In this document: positions 37,751 to 49,639 of the stretch, one piece after another
Numbering within the stretch: position 1 is the first letter of the stretch
Layout: every line of letters starts with the position of its first letter
DNA from: Tubiluchus corallicola
Taxonomy: Eukaryota; Animalia; Priapulida
DNA: 64,000 bases
Reading direction: 5' to 3'
Assembly (NCBI GenBank): GCA_030141605.1
Contig: JAQGDQ010000101.1
Coordinates: 315,017-379,016, forward strand
The notes under the pieces: generated by a model
The model's input: the letters and a program-made list of their open reading frames with translations, nothing else
Databases searched by the model: none
Told to the model about the DNA's origin: nothing
Translations under genes and position numbers: made by a program

Positions 37751-38971
37751 ATGTATAATTGCTCAAAATCTACAAAAATAATTTTTCTAATTCTGACATT
37801 GACGACAACAATACATTATTGTGCATATCTATTATTTACAAGCAATGCATTTTCACACTATGCAAACGTTCAAAAGCAACACTTTTCTGAACTCACCTCG
37901 GAAAAGACTCGAACTCAAAATACTCTACAATACTTGAATCGTATACCCCAAAGACTTAACGGCAGTGGCAGTAAATATAAATTGATATTATATTGGAATA
38001 CTCTCTATGGGGGTTCGGATTTCTTGTGGGGAATTGGAAGCAAGCCATTTGAAACTCATTGTCCAGAAGAATATTCCAGATGTATCACAACTAGCGACAA
38101 GTCCTTCTTGAGTGAAAGTGATGCCGTCTTGGTGCACATAAGGAATAGGTGGAACTCCATACCGCAGTATCGCTCTCCTAAACAACGTTGGGTGTTCTAT
38201 CTGATGGAATCACCAGCGTACACACGAGTTAAATTGCTAAAATTGGACAACATTTTTCATTGGACAATGACTTATCGCTTAGATTCAGATATTGTGCAGA
38301 GATATGGGGAAATTATTCCACGTGCAACAAATACCTCCATCAAAAGCCAAAAAACAATTATGGAAAAACGGCTAGCAAACAAAACAAAACTCGTTGCTTG
38401 GTTTGTGAGTAATTGCAAAACATCCAGCCGAAGAGAGAATTATGTCAAGGAATTACAAAAATTTATCAAAGTTGATATATATGGAAAATGTGGACCTCTA
38501 AAATGCATTGGGATGCAGAAATGCTATGAGATGCTAGAGACAAATTACACATTTTTTTTAGCTTTTGAAAATGCGCGGTGTACAGATTACGTCACAGAGA
38601 AAGTTTTTGGCCCGATGATGTATTATGTGGTTCCAGTTGTTTTAGGAGGCATTAATTACAGTGGTATTCTCCCTCCACATTCCTATATTAATGTACAGGA
38701 TTTTGATTCCCCAAAACAATTAGGGGAGTACTTGATGCACATGAACGAAACTGAATATGCCAGTTATTTTGAGTGGAAATTAAGATATGAAGCTGTGATG
38801 AAGTTTCCTAATCCAATGCAAATGTCTAAAAATCATGTTCCCATTCATCCAACCCACTGGTGTGAATTATGCAAGCGATTACATCAAGATAGCCAATTTG
38901 AGGCTAAAACTTACACTGGGGTTCAGTTAAATAACTGGTGGAAAAAGAAATGTTACCCTATAAATCCTTAG
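37751..38971 (+). CDS. Alpha-1,3-fucosyltransferase (GT10), type II membrane, single coding exon, 406 aa
   Basis: N-terminal TM (IIFLILTLTTTIHYCAYLLF), ILYWN, DAVLVH, FYLMESP, TMTYRLDSDI, VAWFVSNC, VDIYGKC, alpha3-FucT motif YTFFLAFENARCTDYVTEK, PVVLGG, PPHSYI, WCELC. The first in-frame ATG is at 37751; the ORF-track start at 37718 is GTG. Confidence 0.96.
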   Translation: MYNCSKSTKIIFLILTLTTTIHYCAYLLFTSNAFSHYANVQKQHFSELTSEKTRTQNTLQYLNRIPQRLNGSGSKYKLILYWNTLYGGSDFLWGIGSKPFETHCPEEYSRCITTSDKSFLSESDAVLVHIRNRWNSIPQYRSPKQRWVFYLMESPAYTRVKLLKLDNIFHWTMTYRLDSDIVQRYGEIIPRATNTSIKSQKTIMEKRLANKTKLVAWFVSNCKTSSRRENYVKELQKFIKVDIYGKCGPLKCIGMQKCYEMLETNYTFFLAFENARCTDYVTEKVFGPMMYYVVPVVLGGINYSGILPPHSYINVQDFDSPKQLGEYLMHMNETEYASYFEWKLRYEAVMKFPNPMQMSKNHVPIHPTHWCELCKRLHQDSQFEAKTYTGVQLNNWWKKKCYPINP

Positions 38972-39928
38972 GGTACAATTTGTGACTGGTGCGGTCCGCC
39001 AGTGGTACATTTTGTAAAGGCAAATAGTAAAACGGAGCTGATTTGTGCAAGGAGGAGACTCCTCGAAAAAGATGGCGTAATTTATAGCAAAATAATTTCG
39101 TGAGAGGATCCAATTTATGTCTTGGTTGTTTGCAAACAACACATTTCGCCAATGGTATAGTTCGCCAGTGGTTCAGTTCGATGGTGGTACAGTTGCCAAG
39201 TGACACACTTAGCCAATACATACCACTCCAGAAGTACGTTTCGCCAGTACAATTTTTCTACTATATGTTATTACCTCATTCCTTTAACAAAATGTTTAGC
39301 AGTGGTGCAGTTATTATTAAGTTTTAATTTCAAAATCCTCTGTCATTCTGTTGTGAATAATTTAATGATAACCTGAATAGGGTGACACACTCAGCTTCTT
39401 CCATGCATGTAACTAAAACTTACTTAATATTTAAAATATTTTATTTAAAATATATTTAATATAGATGGATATCTCCCTCTGGTAATTGGAACTACTACTT
39501 GAAGTTGTATTTGGAAATTGAAATTGATGATCTTAAAGGATTTGTATTCACATGCTGGTCTTGAACTGTTTTAAACTTTTAAAGCTGCTTCTATTTTCAA
39601 AAACTTTCTTTACAAGAATTCAAAGAATTACAAATTCATATTTTTTACAAAAACTTCAAAGAGTGACATGATCTGAACTTGTGTCATTAATAGAAATAAG
39701 ACAAATAATGAAAATGATGATCTTAACAACATAAACTTTATTGTTTTGTTTATTGTTTTGACATATATACAGTGATTTTCCTGAAGTTAAACAATTGAAT
39801 CCAGAGATAAGGTGAACTAGTCACCTGACAGCAATTTCATAATGTTAGCAAGTACAAGGAAGGCCACTTACGGAATCCATTTCTTTCACCACCCGCTCCT
39901 GTCTCTATTCTAACTGTCTACCAAATAA

Positions 39929-40046
39929 AACACAGAGATTTCATGAGACGTTGCTTCCTATATATATATATATATGTCGTGCAGGTGGGGGAAAGGGAGA
40001 GAGACGCAATTTGTGAGGAAGCAACGTCTCATGAAATCTCTGTGTT
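39929..40046. repeat. Perfect 31-bp inverted repeat next to (TA)n tracts
   Basis: aacacagagatttcatgagacgttgcttcct (39929-39959) and its exact reverse complement (40016-40046). Confidence 0.9.
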
Positions 40047-42735
40047 ATATATATATATATATACATAGAGATGTTATATATATATATATATATACATATC
40101 CACAGCCACACCTCTACGCAAAACATAATGTTCACATGATCACCACCAACAACCCAAACAACGCAAAATAGGGGGAGGTGGTCCCGCAAGCCTGAGCACC
40201 CTCAGGTTCATTACACAGTACATACAGACGTGTTGGTGGGTCTACGTGCGCTACTGTAGTTGTAATTTCACAATCAGCATGAAGAGGGTATGAAATGTGG
40301 GGCAAGCAAAAATAAAAGAGTTTTCAAAAATATAAACTGTTCCAAGTTGCAAAATAAGTGGTTATATTGGTAAGACTTTTCAAAGTTAAATTTTTAGAAA
40401 AATACAATTTTAAACAAACACAGTGATCTTATATTTATACACATAATCTACCCATTAATTGATTTAGGTCCAGGCTGAAATGCTCATAATCATAATGCAC
40501 AGCTTACGGACCACATTGATTAGTGAAACACATCGTGGTTATTCATTGTTTTTACAAGGCTCTTGAGCACGCGTTTTTAGTACTGGTCTTGACCCTTGAA
40601 TCAGTAACGAGCGAACTACAGTCTACAGACTGGATCGGACCAAGGTCCATAACTTTTTGCATATAGGATTGGACTGCTGATTCACTATTGAAAATAAAGC
40701 AGAAATGCAGACCGGATGTGGATAAAAATTTATCGCGATTTGATCTTTGCGGAATGCTTATATTAACAATGTTAATCCGCAACTTTGAAGAACAATTATT
40801 GAAGTTATCACTCAAATAATGGCCAGGCCAAGATACTTTTCTTTATGACTAACTTTAACTTCTTTGCCAAACAGTAAACCCTTCCAGGGACAACATGCCG
40901 TAAGCTAGGGGGTAAAAATAGATGCAACATACATTGTATATTTTACATTGAAAACGATATCATTTTCAACAGCGTATTTTTCACATAGCGTAAGAGGTTT
41001 TCTACGAGACATAAGTCGTCTGCATACATGAGTGACTGATTGCATTTTCGCCAATGTGGCAACATGCACTTTTTTCACACGACAGATATTTTGAGAGGTC
41101 ATCAATATAGGCTGCGAAAAGCAAAGGAGATAGAATTCCACCTTGTCTCAGGCCATTTGACACAGAAAAATAATCAGAGTAAGTTTTGCCCCAGCGAACA
41201 CCTACCCGCTGTGAAGTTTACCAATATTTCAGCATAGACAACATTGAAACTGGTAACCCAACAGCAGTGAGTTTCTTAAAAGGCCCAGTATGAACTCACG
41301 CGATCAAATGCCTTACTGGCGTCAAATTAGACACATTAATGTAGGACTACAGTTATTGTTATAAGTATGTAGTGTCTTTTTCAGTTGCATATATATTTAT
41401 ATATATAATTCAGTGCTATATACCTTTTCGAATGCAACGTGATATTTTGTAGACACTAGCAAGTCTTCGTCTAAGTAAAATGACCCGTGTTATGACCCGC
41501 CTGCCGATTTTAATTAAAGCGCCAGGTTGGCTTCTCACCTGTGTTCTGTACTTGCTTTTGACCTAGTTAGAGTTGTTATTGATGTGGAAGTAATGTCGGC
41601 TGCTCAGGATGACAGCCCTGATGTTTTATTTTTGTTAATTAGTGTTTACTGGCAATAAATATGAAGTAATGTCGCAAATGCATCTCCGTTTATTCACCAT
41701 GTTTTGTGTAACCAATTCCAACTCATAACAAAGTGGGGGCGGGATGAATCAACCGACGAGTTGCAATGAATTTCGTCTGGACGCTTTTCGTTTTCATTAC
41801 TGTGCAACGTCACGATGAATTTTTTTCTTCTGTTGATGCTAAAGCTTAATTCCACGGTTAATAAAGCTGACAATGGACAAACTGTAAGTTACGGCTCATT
41901 TTTCTACACAGTAACTGTTTGACGTCGTCTGAATTATCATCATATCAAGTATGAACTGTCTCTGTCTGTTCGTCTGTCAGCGTCTGGAAATATTCGCTCA
42001 TTGGAAAATTCCTAATTATTCAGAAATGCTGCTAACATGCTGAAATAGACAAACTTCATACTAATATATAGCATCTCTAAAGTACATGAGAAACGTGTAG
42101 AGGTCACGAAGTTCCGTTGCTACAAGTGAACTATGAATAATGTTTCGACAAACGTTAAACTTGAATTCAGGATTATGCTCTTGTGAATTTCTGGGTAAAA
42201 ACTAGACAAATTTTATTCTGCGTTGCGGGAATTCTGCACAAAATACTGTGGGTAACAATCGTCGGTATTTGCTGGAACTGAGCCAAGTAGCTGCGTTAGA
42301 CTAGGGCGACCTTGAGGCTACAAGCGTGTATGTATAGGTCGGGGGCTACTGTCAAGCCATCACAGGTATACCTACAGATTAGTACAAGCTACACCGAAAC
42401 TCGTTTCACGTGAGGAAGCCAGCTAGACAAGCAGTGCATTGATCAGAGATATTTCCACACAAGTACTGCAGTAGTAAAGGAAAAAAACGAATGATATTTA
42501 TTGGACTCATTGATTTTGTTAATGCAGTTTGGTGAACAATGGCAGTCTTGTTAATTATCACCTAACGCTTTCTTTTATTAAGCTAATTGCACTACTGTTG
42601 TTACGCTTACGTGGGCTCCCCCACAGATAACTTGCGCAAGGGGTGCCTAATTAGTATTGTTGAAAGTCAAATATTGTACAGTACGTTGTGTAGCTAGTTG
42701 GTAGGCTTGTGTCATAATGTTATATTGTAGTAATT

Positions 42736-43447
42736 GTGCTAATTACTGAAATATGGCGACTTCGTTTGACCCAGAGATGGAAAGGGGGCTTATTAACCTT
42801 GCCCAGATTAGATAAACTCATAAAAGACAATTTACTTGCCCTGGCCGATTACCTGAATATTGAGTTGCCCACTAGTGCTGGAAAAGCAAAAATTATTGAA
42901 ATTCTCGGGAACCCAGAAATTTTGAAAACAGCTAGACCACGTGAAGGGGAGAAATCTGTAATTAGTAAATCTCCTCGTATTCCTGTGCATACTCCCACGG
43001 GAACAGATAGGAATGAACTTGAGTTAGCAAAAATTGCACTCGAACGTGAAAGGATGGAACTTGAAAAATTAAGGTTGAAATATCAGGACAAAGAAAGGCA
43101 AAGGGATTGGGAGTACAACGTTAAGATGAAAGAGCTGGAATTATTAACAGCATCCACTAATTTGGGGGCTCAGCAAGCCAATAACCAAACTTTTGATGTT
43201 ATAAAAACATTCGCCCTGTACCTAAATTTAGCGAAACGGATGTTGAAATATTTTTTCTAACCTTTGAGAAAATTTCCAACAATCTCAAATGGCCAAAAGC
43301 TCATTGGCCTGTATTGTTACAAAGCAGTTTTACTGGCAAAGCACAGGAGATTTACTCTTCTCTACCCTCCACTCAGAGTTCAAATTATGAACAATTGAAA
43401 TCCGCTGTGCTAAAGCATATGAATTAGTACCAGAAGCCTATCGCCAG
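42736..43447 (+). pseudogene. Gmr1 gag (coiled coil and SCAN-like start), frameshifted and internally deleted
   Basis: ELELAKIALERERMELEKLRL; then VPKFSETDVEIFFLTFEK..WPKAHWPVLLQSSFTGKAQEIY..YEQLKSAVL..YELVPEAYRQ, followed by a jump to the protease. Confidence 0.8.
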
Positions 43448-43459
43448 TGTCACCTGTGG

Positions 43460-44640
43460 ACATAACTAAACCTGTTACAGTTTTACGAGACACAGGAGCT
43501 GCTCAGTCACTATTATTACAGGGTGTAATCCCTCTTGATGAAACTTCTTATACAAACGCTAGTGCTTTAATTCAAGGTATTGAAGGATGATACATAGATG
43601 TACCACTTCACAGAATCAACTTGAATTCGGACTATGTTAAAGGTCCCGTGACAGTAGGAATTGTTTCTCACATTCCAGTAGATGGAGTGTCCCTATTACT
43701 TGGCAATGATGTTGCTAAGGATGAGGTAATAACCGCTATACCTGTTGTCACTCCTGAGCCAAAAATGGATGCGAAACTGAAATTCTGGAAGAAATGCATC
43801 CTGGAATTTTTCCTGCTTGTGTTGTAACAAGATCACAGGCTCAGACTAACAAAGATAGCAGCTCAGAACAAGTGGATGACAAAGATAGTTCACCACCGTC
43901 TACCTTCCCAAGAGAGAACCAAAGTGGTTCGACGGCTTTAAGCCATACGTTTGCTGAACAGATGGATAAAAATTAACCAACATTATCTCTGAAACAAGAG
44001 GAACTTATTAAGGCACAGACAAATGATCCTTCTCTTAACAAGCTCTTTTCTCTAGTCATGTCACAAGAGGAAATTGACAATGTTTCAGAAGGCTACTACA
44101 TGCAGTCCAAAGTACCCATGAGAAAGTGGAGACCACCAGATGCTCCTGCAGATGAAGTTTGGCGTGTACACCACCAAATTGTAGTACCACAACGTTACCG
44201 TGAAGAACTAATGAAGATAGCCCATGAATTGCCATTAGCCAGACATGCTGATGTTAAGAAGACGCAAGATAAAATTTTACAACACTTCTTTTGGCCAAAT
44301 TGAGAAAAGATGTCTCTCAATTTTGTAAAACTTGTCATGTGTGCCAAATGGTAGGCAAACCAAACCAGAAAATTCCTATAGCTCCACTTAATCCACTTCC
44401 AATATTTGAAGAACCATTCAGCAGAATCCTAATTGACTGTGTAGGGCCGGTGCCGAAAACCAAGTCAGGATATCAGTATCTTCTTACAATTATGGATCTG
44501 ACTACGAGGTTTCCAGAAGCTATACCTTTAAAGGAGATAACAGCTGCAGCAGTAGTTGATGCCTTGCTGAAGTTCTTTACACAGCTTGGCCTGCCGAAGG
44601 AAATACAATCAGACCAAGGTTCTAACTTTATGGCAAATAT
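43460..44640 (+). pseudogene. Gmr1 protease plus integrase N-terminus and core, frameshifted
   Basis: VLRDTGAAQSLL; AHELPLARH..CKTCHVCQ zinc finger; ILIDCVGP; QSDQGSNF. Confidence 0.85.
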
Positions 44641-46541
44641 TTTCCAACAAGCTTGGTGTAAAGCAATTAAAGTCTTCGGCAAATCACCCACAAAGTCAAG
44701 GAGCTTTAGAGCGCTACCACCAAACTCTGAAAACAATGATGAAAATTTACTGCATTGAATATGCAAAGGATTGGGATAAAGGCATCAATTTCCTTTTGTT
44801 TGCTACGCGTGATACTCAGTCGGAGTCATTGGGTTTTACCCCCTTTGAACTGGTGTTTGGCCACCAAGTTAGGGGACCTCTCAAACTCGTTAAAGAACAA
44901 TGGCTTCAGGAACAGCAGCCAGGAAGCAATCTGCTAGATTATGTATGCAATTTTAAAGAGAGACTTTACAGGGCGTGTGAATTAGCTCATGAGAACTTGA
45001 AAATTGCCCAAGGAAAAATGAAGAAAACGTATGACAAGCATGCTCAATGTAGATTGTTCATAGTAGGTGACAAAGTACTCATTTTGCTACCAATACCATT
45101 AGATCCATTAAAAGCAAAGTTCTCTGGTCCTTACATAATCGAGAAAAAACTCAACAATGTCAACTACATTATCAGCACTCCTGACAGACGCAAAACGCAT
45201 AGACTTTGTCACATCAACATGATGAAGCCCTACTATGAAAGAACAGAGGATACAAAAGGAAAGACCACAACTGCAACTAATCTTGCATTGAGCATAGTCA
45301 ATTCTGACAAGGATGTTGCAGGACAAGAGTCTAGAGAGTCACATGCTTTTGTTTCAGAAGCAACAGGCTACAGCAGCTTGAAAAATTCAGAGATATTGGA
45401 AAATCCATGCACTTTATTCACACATTTAAGCAAGCAACAAGAAGAACAGATGGTTAATTTGTTCAGTCACTGCAAGCAGCTATTTGCAGATGTACCTGGT
45501 AAAACAAATGTATTGCAACATGACATTGATATAGGAGATGCTCAACCAATTAAGCAACACCCGTACAGAATGATCCCAGAAAAAACAGCACTAGTAAAAG
45601 CAGAAATACAGTACATGCTTGACAATGGCATAATCGAACACAGTCAAAGCAAATTCAGCTCACCAATAGTACCACTTTATAAACAAGATGGTTCGATCCG
45701 AATTTGTATAGATTACAGAAAAGTAAATCAAATCACAAAAAGTGACAATTTCCCAATCCCAAGGGTTGATGATTGTATAGATGAGCTTGGGCAAGCAGTT
45801 TATGTTAGTAAATATGATTTGCTTAAGGGGTACTGGCAAATGCCTTTAACCGACAGAGCTAAAGAAATATCAGCATTTGTAGTTGGTGATGGTTTATACC
45901 AATTTTCTGTTATGCCTTTCGGGCTAAAAAATGCCCCGGCAACCTTTGCTCGTCTGATGACTAATGTAACAGCTAATTTAACAAATTGTGTAACATATAT
46001 AGATGATGTAGTGATCTACAGTGAAAATTGGCGTAATCACTTAGTATACACCAAGTCTTTTTTGACTGCTGCAAATTTAGTGATTAACTTAAGTAAAAGT
46101 GAAATTGGTAAAGCTCAAGTAACTTACTTAGGTTACACTGTTGGACAGGGAAAGGTTTTGCCACGCGAAGCCAAAATCAGAGCAGTACTAGATCTTCCAC
46201 CACCCACTACTAAACGAGAACGTATGCGATTTTTGGGAATGGTGGGTTACTACCAAAAATTTGTATCAAATTTTGCTACTTTAGCTACACCCCTTACCAA
46301 ACTGCTCACGAAGAATACAGAGTTTTGTTGGTCATCAGCCTGTCAAGAAGCTTTTGACAAGCTTAGATCTGTACTTAGTACCAAACCTGTGCTGAAAGCA
46401 CCAGATTTTCAGCATCCTTTCAAGTTAGCAGTCGATGCTAGCGATGTAGCAGTAGGCGCTGCTTTGCTACAAGATGAGGATGGTGTAGAACATCCGGTCG
46501 CCTATTTTTCTAAGAAACTGCTAAAACATCTATTTTTCTAA
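44586..46541 (+). CDS. Gmr1 pol: integrase C-terminus, then RT, then RNase H
   Basis: HPQSQGALERYH, GPY motif, PIKQHPYR, RICIDYRKVN, YDLLKGYWQ, MPFGLKNAP, YIDDVV, LAVDASD. RNase H continues out of frame to ~46775. Confidence 0.93.
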   Translation: MACRRKYNQTKVLTLWQIFSNKLGVKQLKSSANHPQSQGALERYHQTLKTMMKIYCIEYAKDWDKGINFLLFATRDTQSESLGFTPFELVFGHQVRGPLKLVKEQWLQEQQPGSNLLDYVCNFKERLYRACELAHENLKIAQGKMKKTYDKHAQCRLFIVGDKVLILLPIPLDPLKAKFSGPYIIEKKLNNVNYIISTPDRRKTHRLCHINMMKPYYERTEDTKGKTTTATNLALSIVNSDKDVAGQESRESHAFVSEATGYSSLKNSEILENPCTLFTHLSKQQEEQMVNLFSHCKQLFADVPGKTNVLQHDIDIGDAQPIKQHPYRMIPEKTALVKAEIQYMLDNGIIEHSQSKFSSPIVPLYKQDGSIRICIDYRKVNQITKSDNFPIPRVDDCIDELGQAVYVSKYDLLKGYWQMPLTDRAKEISAFVVGDGLYQFSVMPFGLKNAPATFARLMTNVTANLTNCVTYIDDVVIYSENWRNHLVYTKSFLTAANLVINLSKSEIGKAQVTYLGYTVGQGKVLPREAKIRAVLDLPPPTTKRERMRFLGMVGYYQKFVSNFATLATPLTKLLTKNTEFCWSSACQEAFDKLRSVLSTKPVLKAPDFQHPFKLAVDASDVAVGAALLQDEDGVEHPVAYFSKKLLKHLFF

Positions 46542-48078
46542 GAAACTGCTCAGATCCCTTATTCCACTATTGAGAAGGAAACATTAGCATTGATTTTTCC
46601 TATGCAACATTTCGAGATTTATGTTACTTGTAATCACTCACCCACTTGTATTTACGGACTATAATCCATTGACATTTTTACACAGATTCAGAAATAAGAA
46701 TCAACGTTTATTGCGATGGAGTCTGTTCCTCCAACAGTATGATTTAATTATTGTACATGTCAAGCGTAAAGACAATGGGGGTGAGATGTTATGACCCGCC
46801 AGCCGATTTTAATTTAAGCGCCAGGTTGGCTTCTCACCTGTGTTCTGTACTTGCTTTTGACCTAGTTAGAGTTGTTATTGAGGTGGAAGTAATGTCGGCT
46901 GCTCAGGATGACAGCCCTGATGTTTTATTTTTGTTAATTAGTGTTTACTGGCAATAAATATGAAGTAATGTCGCAAATGCATCTCCGTTTATTCACCATG
47001 TTTTGTGTAACCAATTCCAACTCATAACACCCGCTTAAATGATTTTACTAGACACTGTAGATAAAGCTATTGGTATGAAATTATCGCTATCCATTATATC
47101 AAGACTCTTGTTTATGTTAACAGGTACAATTACATAGTCAGTAATAACAGCAGGTGCATATACGTGGTTAGACATAGCAGTGAACAACTGAGACAACAAC
47201 ACATAAATTCTATAGCTAGCAAAAATCACATGTTCAGCAGCAATACTATCAAGCCCATATGTCTTATGTCGTTTAAGAGATCTAACAGAGCTCATATTTC
47301 TGATACATTACACATCTGATACATTACACACACAGGTTCACCACCAGCTGGAATATCTGCCTGTTCGCAATCACTATTTAACTTATTATTTGACACTGAA
47401 TTATTTGGCTCGTAATGCCTCTTCCAGAGTTTACAAATATTTTCTCCACCATGAACATCATCAATTTTGTCAGGGAGCGGAATATTATTATTACAACGAG
47501 TTTTAATCTTTCTCCAAAACTTATAAAGTGTCTCATTAAATAAACTACGAACAAAATTATCATTATGAGTGGACAATTCTTGTGCATTATTGGTTCGCAT
47601 TACATTATGACGTTATGATTTAACTTGTTCTAGTCGATTTTATTTTCCTCGTCGTTTTCTTACTGGTCGAAAGAACCCACATTTGTCTTTGTAAAGATCA
47701 TTATGATGTTGCCATATTTTAATCTTGCTTTTTTGCTCGGGAAACAACATAATCATGTAAAAAACTGTTAATTTCATACACATTTAGTACTGAGCGATAA
47801 AGACAACAACAACAACAACAACATCAACGATTACAACATTGTAGTTTGTGGAGTATTACTTTTAAAGTTGGCTATCTACGTGAGAATTTAGCCCTTAAAC
47901 GAATTCAATATTAAACTGAACAACATCATTGCTGAACAATAATTATGGTCTAAAGTACGTAACCGAAAATGATTATGTTTTGCGCTTGTTTTGACAGTGT
48001 ACATGAACATTATCTAAACTTTTCTACAAAAACGTTTTTTGAGCAACCGCTTTTTACTAATTGACAAAAAAGGAACGA

Positions 48079-49164
48079 TCATATTAATTCCAGTTCTGCT
48101 GCCCAGTTTAGTTTCAAAGGCTTGACTGGAAAATAAGTAAAACTTTCAATCCACATGTCCAGAGGCTTAAAGTCGCAAGAGTGAGCATACTGGCTTTTAC
48201 TTTTATAATGCATTCCCGGTTCTCTTCTGTTGCACGATAGAGTTCTGCTGAAAGGGAGATTACTATAAAGTGTGTAAAGATGGTTTATATCATTGTAATA
48301 TATAAAGTATGAAGTTGGCATTGACTTCTGGTGGAATAACTTAACCCACTTATTAGTAACAAGATATTTCTCATTTTTAATGTAAGGGACAAAGGTTTGA
48401 TTTTTCAAAACTTCAAACACCCATTCGCGAAATCGTATCCAGACTTTTGGCATAGGGGCATAACCCCAATATCCTGGTAAGCGATAGAGAAATGCAGAAT
48501 CTTTGCACTCCGGACAAAGAGGATTCTTGTTTAAGACGCGTCCTTTTTTCATCTTCACCACAAGTGTTTGTCTCTGCAGTGACACGGCTCCAACGTCCTT
48601 GTTGTCTTTGTAAAACAAAAGTGCAGGTTTCAGCCACCGATAAAAATATGGCGACAGTTCTAAGTCGTCTTCTAAAATCAAGCCAAAATCATTTGAATTT
48701 CCTGTCGGTTTCCAGCAATCGTACCACTGAATATATGGACCCACATGCTTAGAGTGAACGTGAACCAGCTTCTCTCCATGCGGCCAAATGAACGAGTTAG
48801 ATATAGATATGGTTTCATTGCAGACAATATTGTGCTGCATTTTTCTATCTATACATATTTTTAATGTTACGCTGTCGTTTTGGTAATCAGCAACAGTTAA
48901 CGAATTCAGCAACCTCAACAATGACATTGGTCTGTTGTAAGTAAGGACTGCTAATTGGAGGTGAAAGCGTTGATTCCGGTCCCCCAACTCTACATTTACA
49001 GTGAAATTTTGCGATGAAAAACTGACCGAGAAATTCTTTTCTTCAGTTTTCTTGCCCATTTCTAAAATTCGGCTTAGACTGTATAAAATAACCATGCTTA
49101 AACTAACAGCAACGACTTTGCTTCGCACATTTCGCATTGTTAAAAACGAGTGCTTTAGTTCCAT
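48079..49164 (-). CDS. Uncharacterised type II membrane GT-A-fold glycosyltransferase, single coding exon, 361 aa
   Basis: N-terminal TM (VVAVSLSMVILYSL), LAVLTYNRPMSLLRLLNSL, ICID, WPHGEK, HVGPYIQW, DxD-like GLILEDDLELSPYFYRWL, NRREPGMHY. Intact ORF; an alternative ATG lies 9 codons downstream. Confidence 0.85.
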   Translation of the reverse strand: MELKHSFLTMRNVRSKVVAVSLSMVILYSLSRILEMGKKTEEKNFSVSFSSQNFTVNVELGDRNQRFHLQLAVLTYNRPMSLLRLLNSLTVADYQNDSVTLKICIDRKMQHNIVCNETISISNSFIWPHGEKLVHVHSKHVGPYIQWYDCWKPTGNSNDFGLILEDDLELSPYFYRWLKPALLFYKDNKDVGAVSLQRQTLVVKMKKGRVLNKNPLCPECKDSAFLYRLPGYWGYAPMPKVWIRFREWVFEVLKNQTFVPYIKNEKYLVTNKWVKLFHQKSMPTSYFIYYNDINHLYTLYSNLPFSRTLSCNRREPGMHYKSKSQYAHSCDFKPLDMWIESFTYFPVKPLKLNWAAELELI

Positions 49165-49639
49165 TTACCACATCAGCTTTGCTGTGGCTTCTTCTCGTAA
49201 AGAACAAATTTTCGCTTACGTGAGACCACGACTTCGCAAAGAAATGTTTGAACTTTTGTAGCCTACAAATTAATGTTTTGTAGCCAGCTAAAGCAATAAC
49301 GCATAAAGCATTACGGATGTCTAGTCAACGCAGCTTTAACCTGCCTGATAGAGCACATCATTTCTACGATGTAAATATAGAAGGCTAGGTCATGAGTTGT
49401 ACCAAACTCCTAGGTAACTGAAAACAGTTTTAACAGCTTCTTTCTTAATTTCTTTTACAGGCCTCGCGTATAACAACTAGGTGATGTTTTCACTATCCAA
49501 CCATGCACTCAATAATAATCCATTAATAAATGCGCAAAAATGCTCAATTGTTCGTGACACTTCTTCGCAAGTTTTTAATTCACAAACCACTCTTCTAGTC
49601 GCCAATAAGGCTTACTGAAATTTGGAGAAAGCGAAATTG

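Larger units (their letters stand above)
41488..47029 (+). mobile_element. Gypsy LTR retrotransposon, Gmr1-type (gag-PR-IN-RT-RH)
   Basis: 243-bp LTRs TGTTATGA...TCATAACA at 41488-41730 and 46787-47029 (3 mismatches seen). 4-bp TSD CCCG (41484-41487, 47030-47033). Shortened tRNA-Pro-like PBS tgggggcgggat and PPT gggggtgaga. Confidence 0.95.
40550..47620 (-). mobile_element. Decayed LINE (RTE-X-like) split by the Gypsy insertion (pieces ~40550-41487 and 47030-47620)
   Basis: FWRKIK..LPDKID, GLDSIAAEH, DNFIPIALSTVSSKI|RVILL, FDASKAFDRV, VRQGGILSPL, CEKYAVENDIVFNVK. The reading continues across the Gypsy TSD. Confidence 0.8.
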
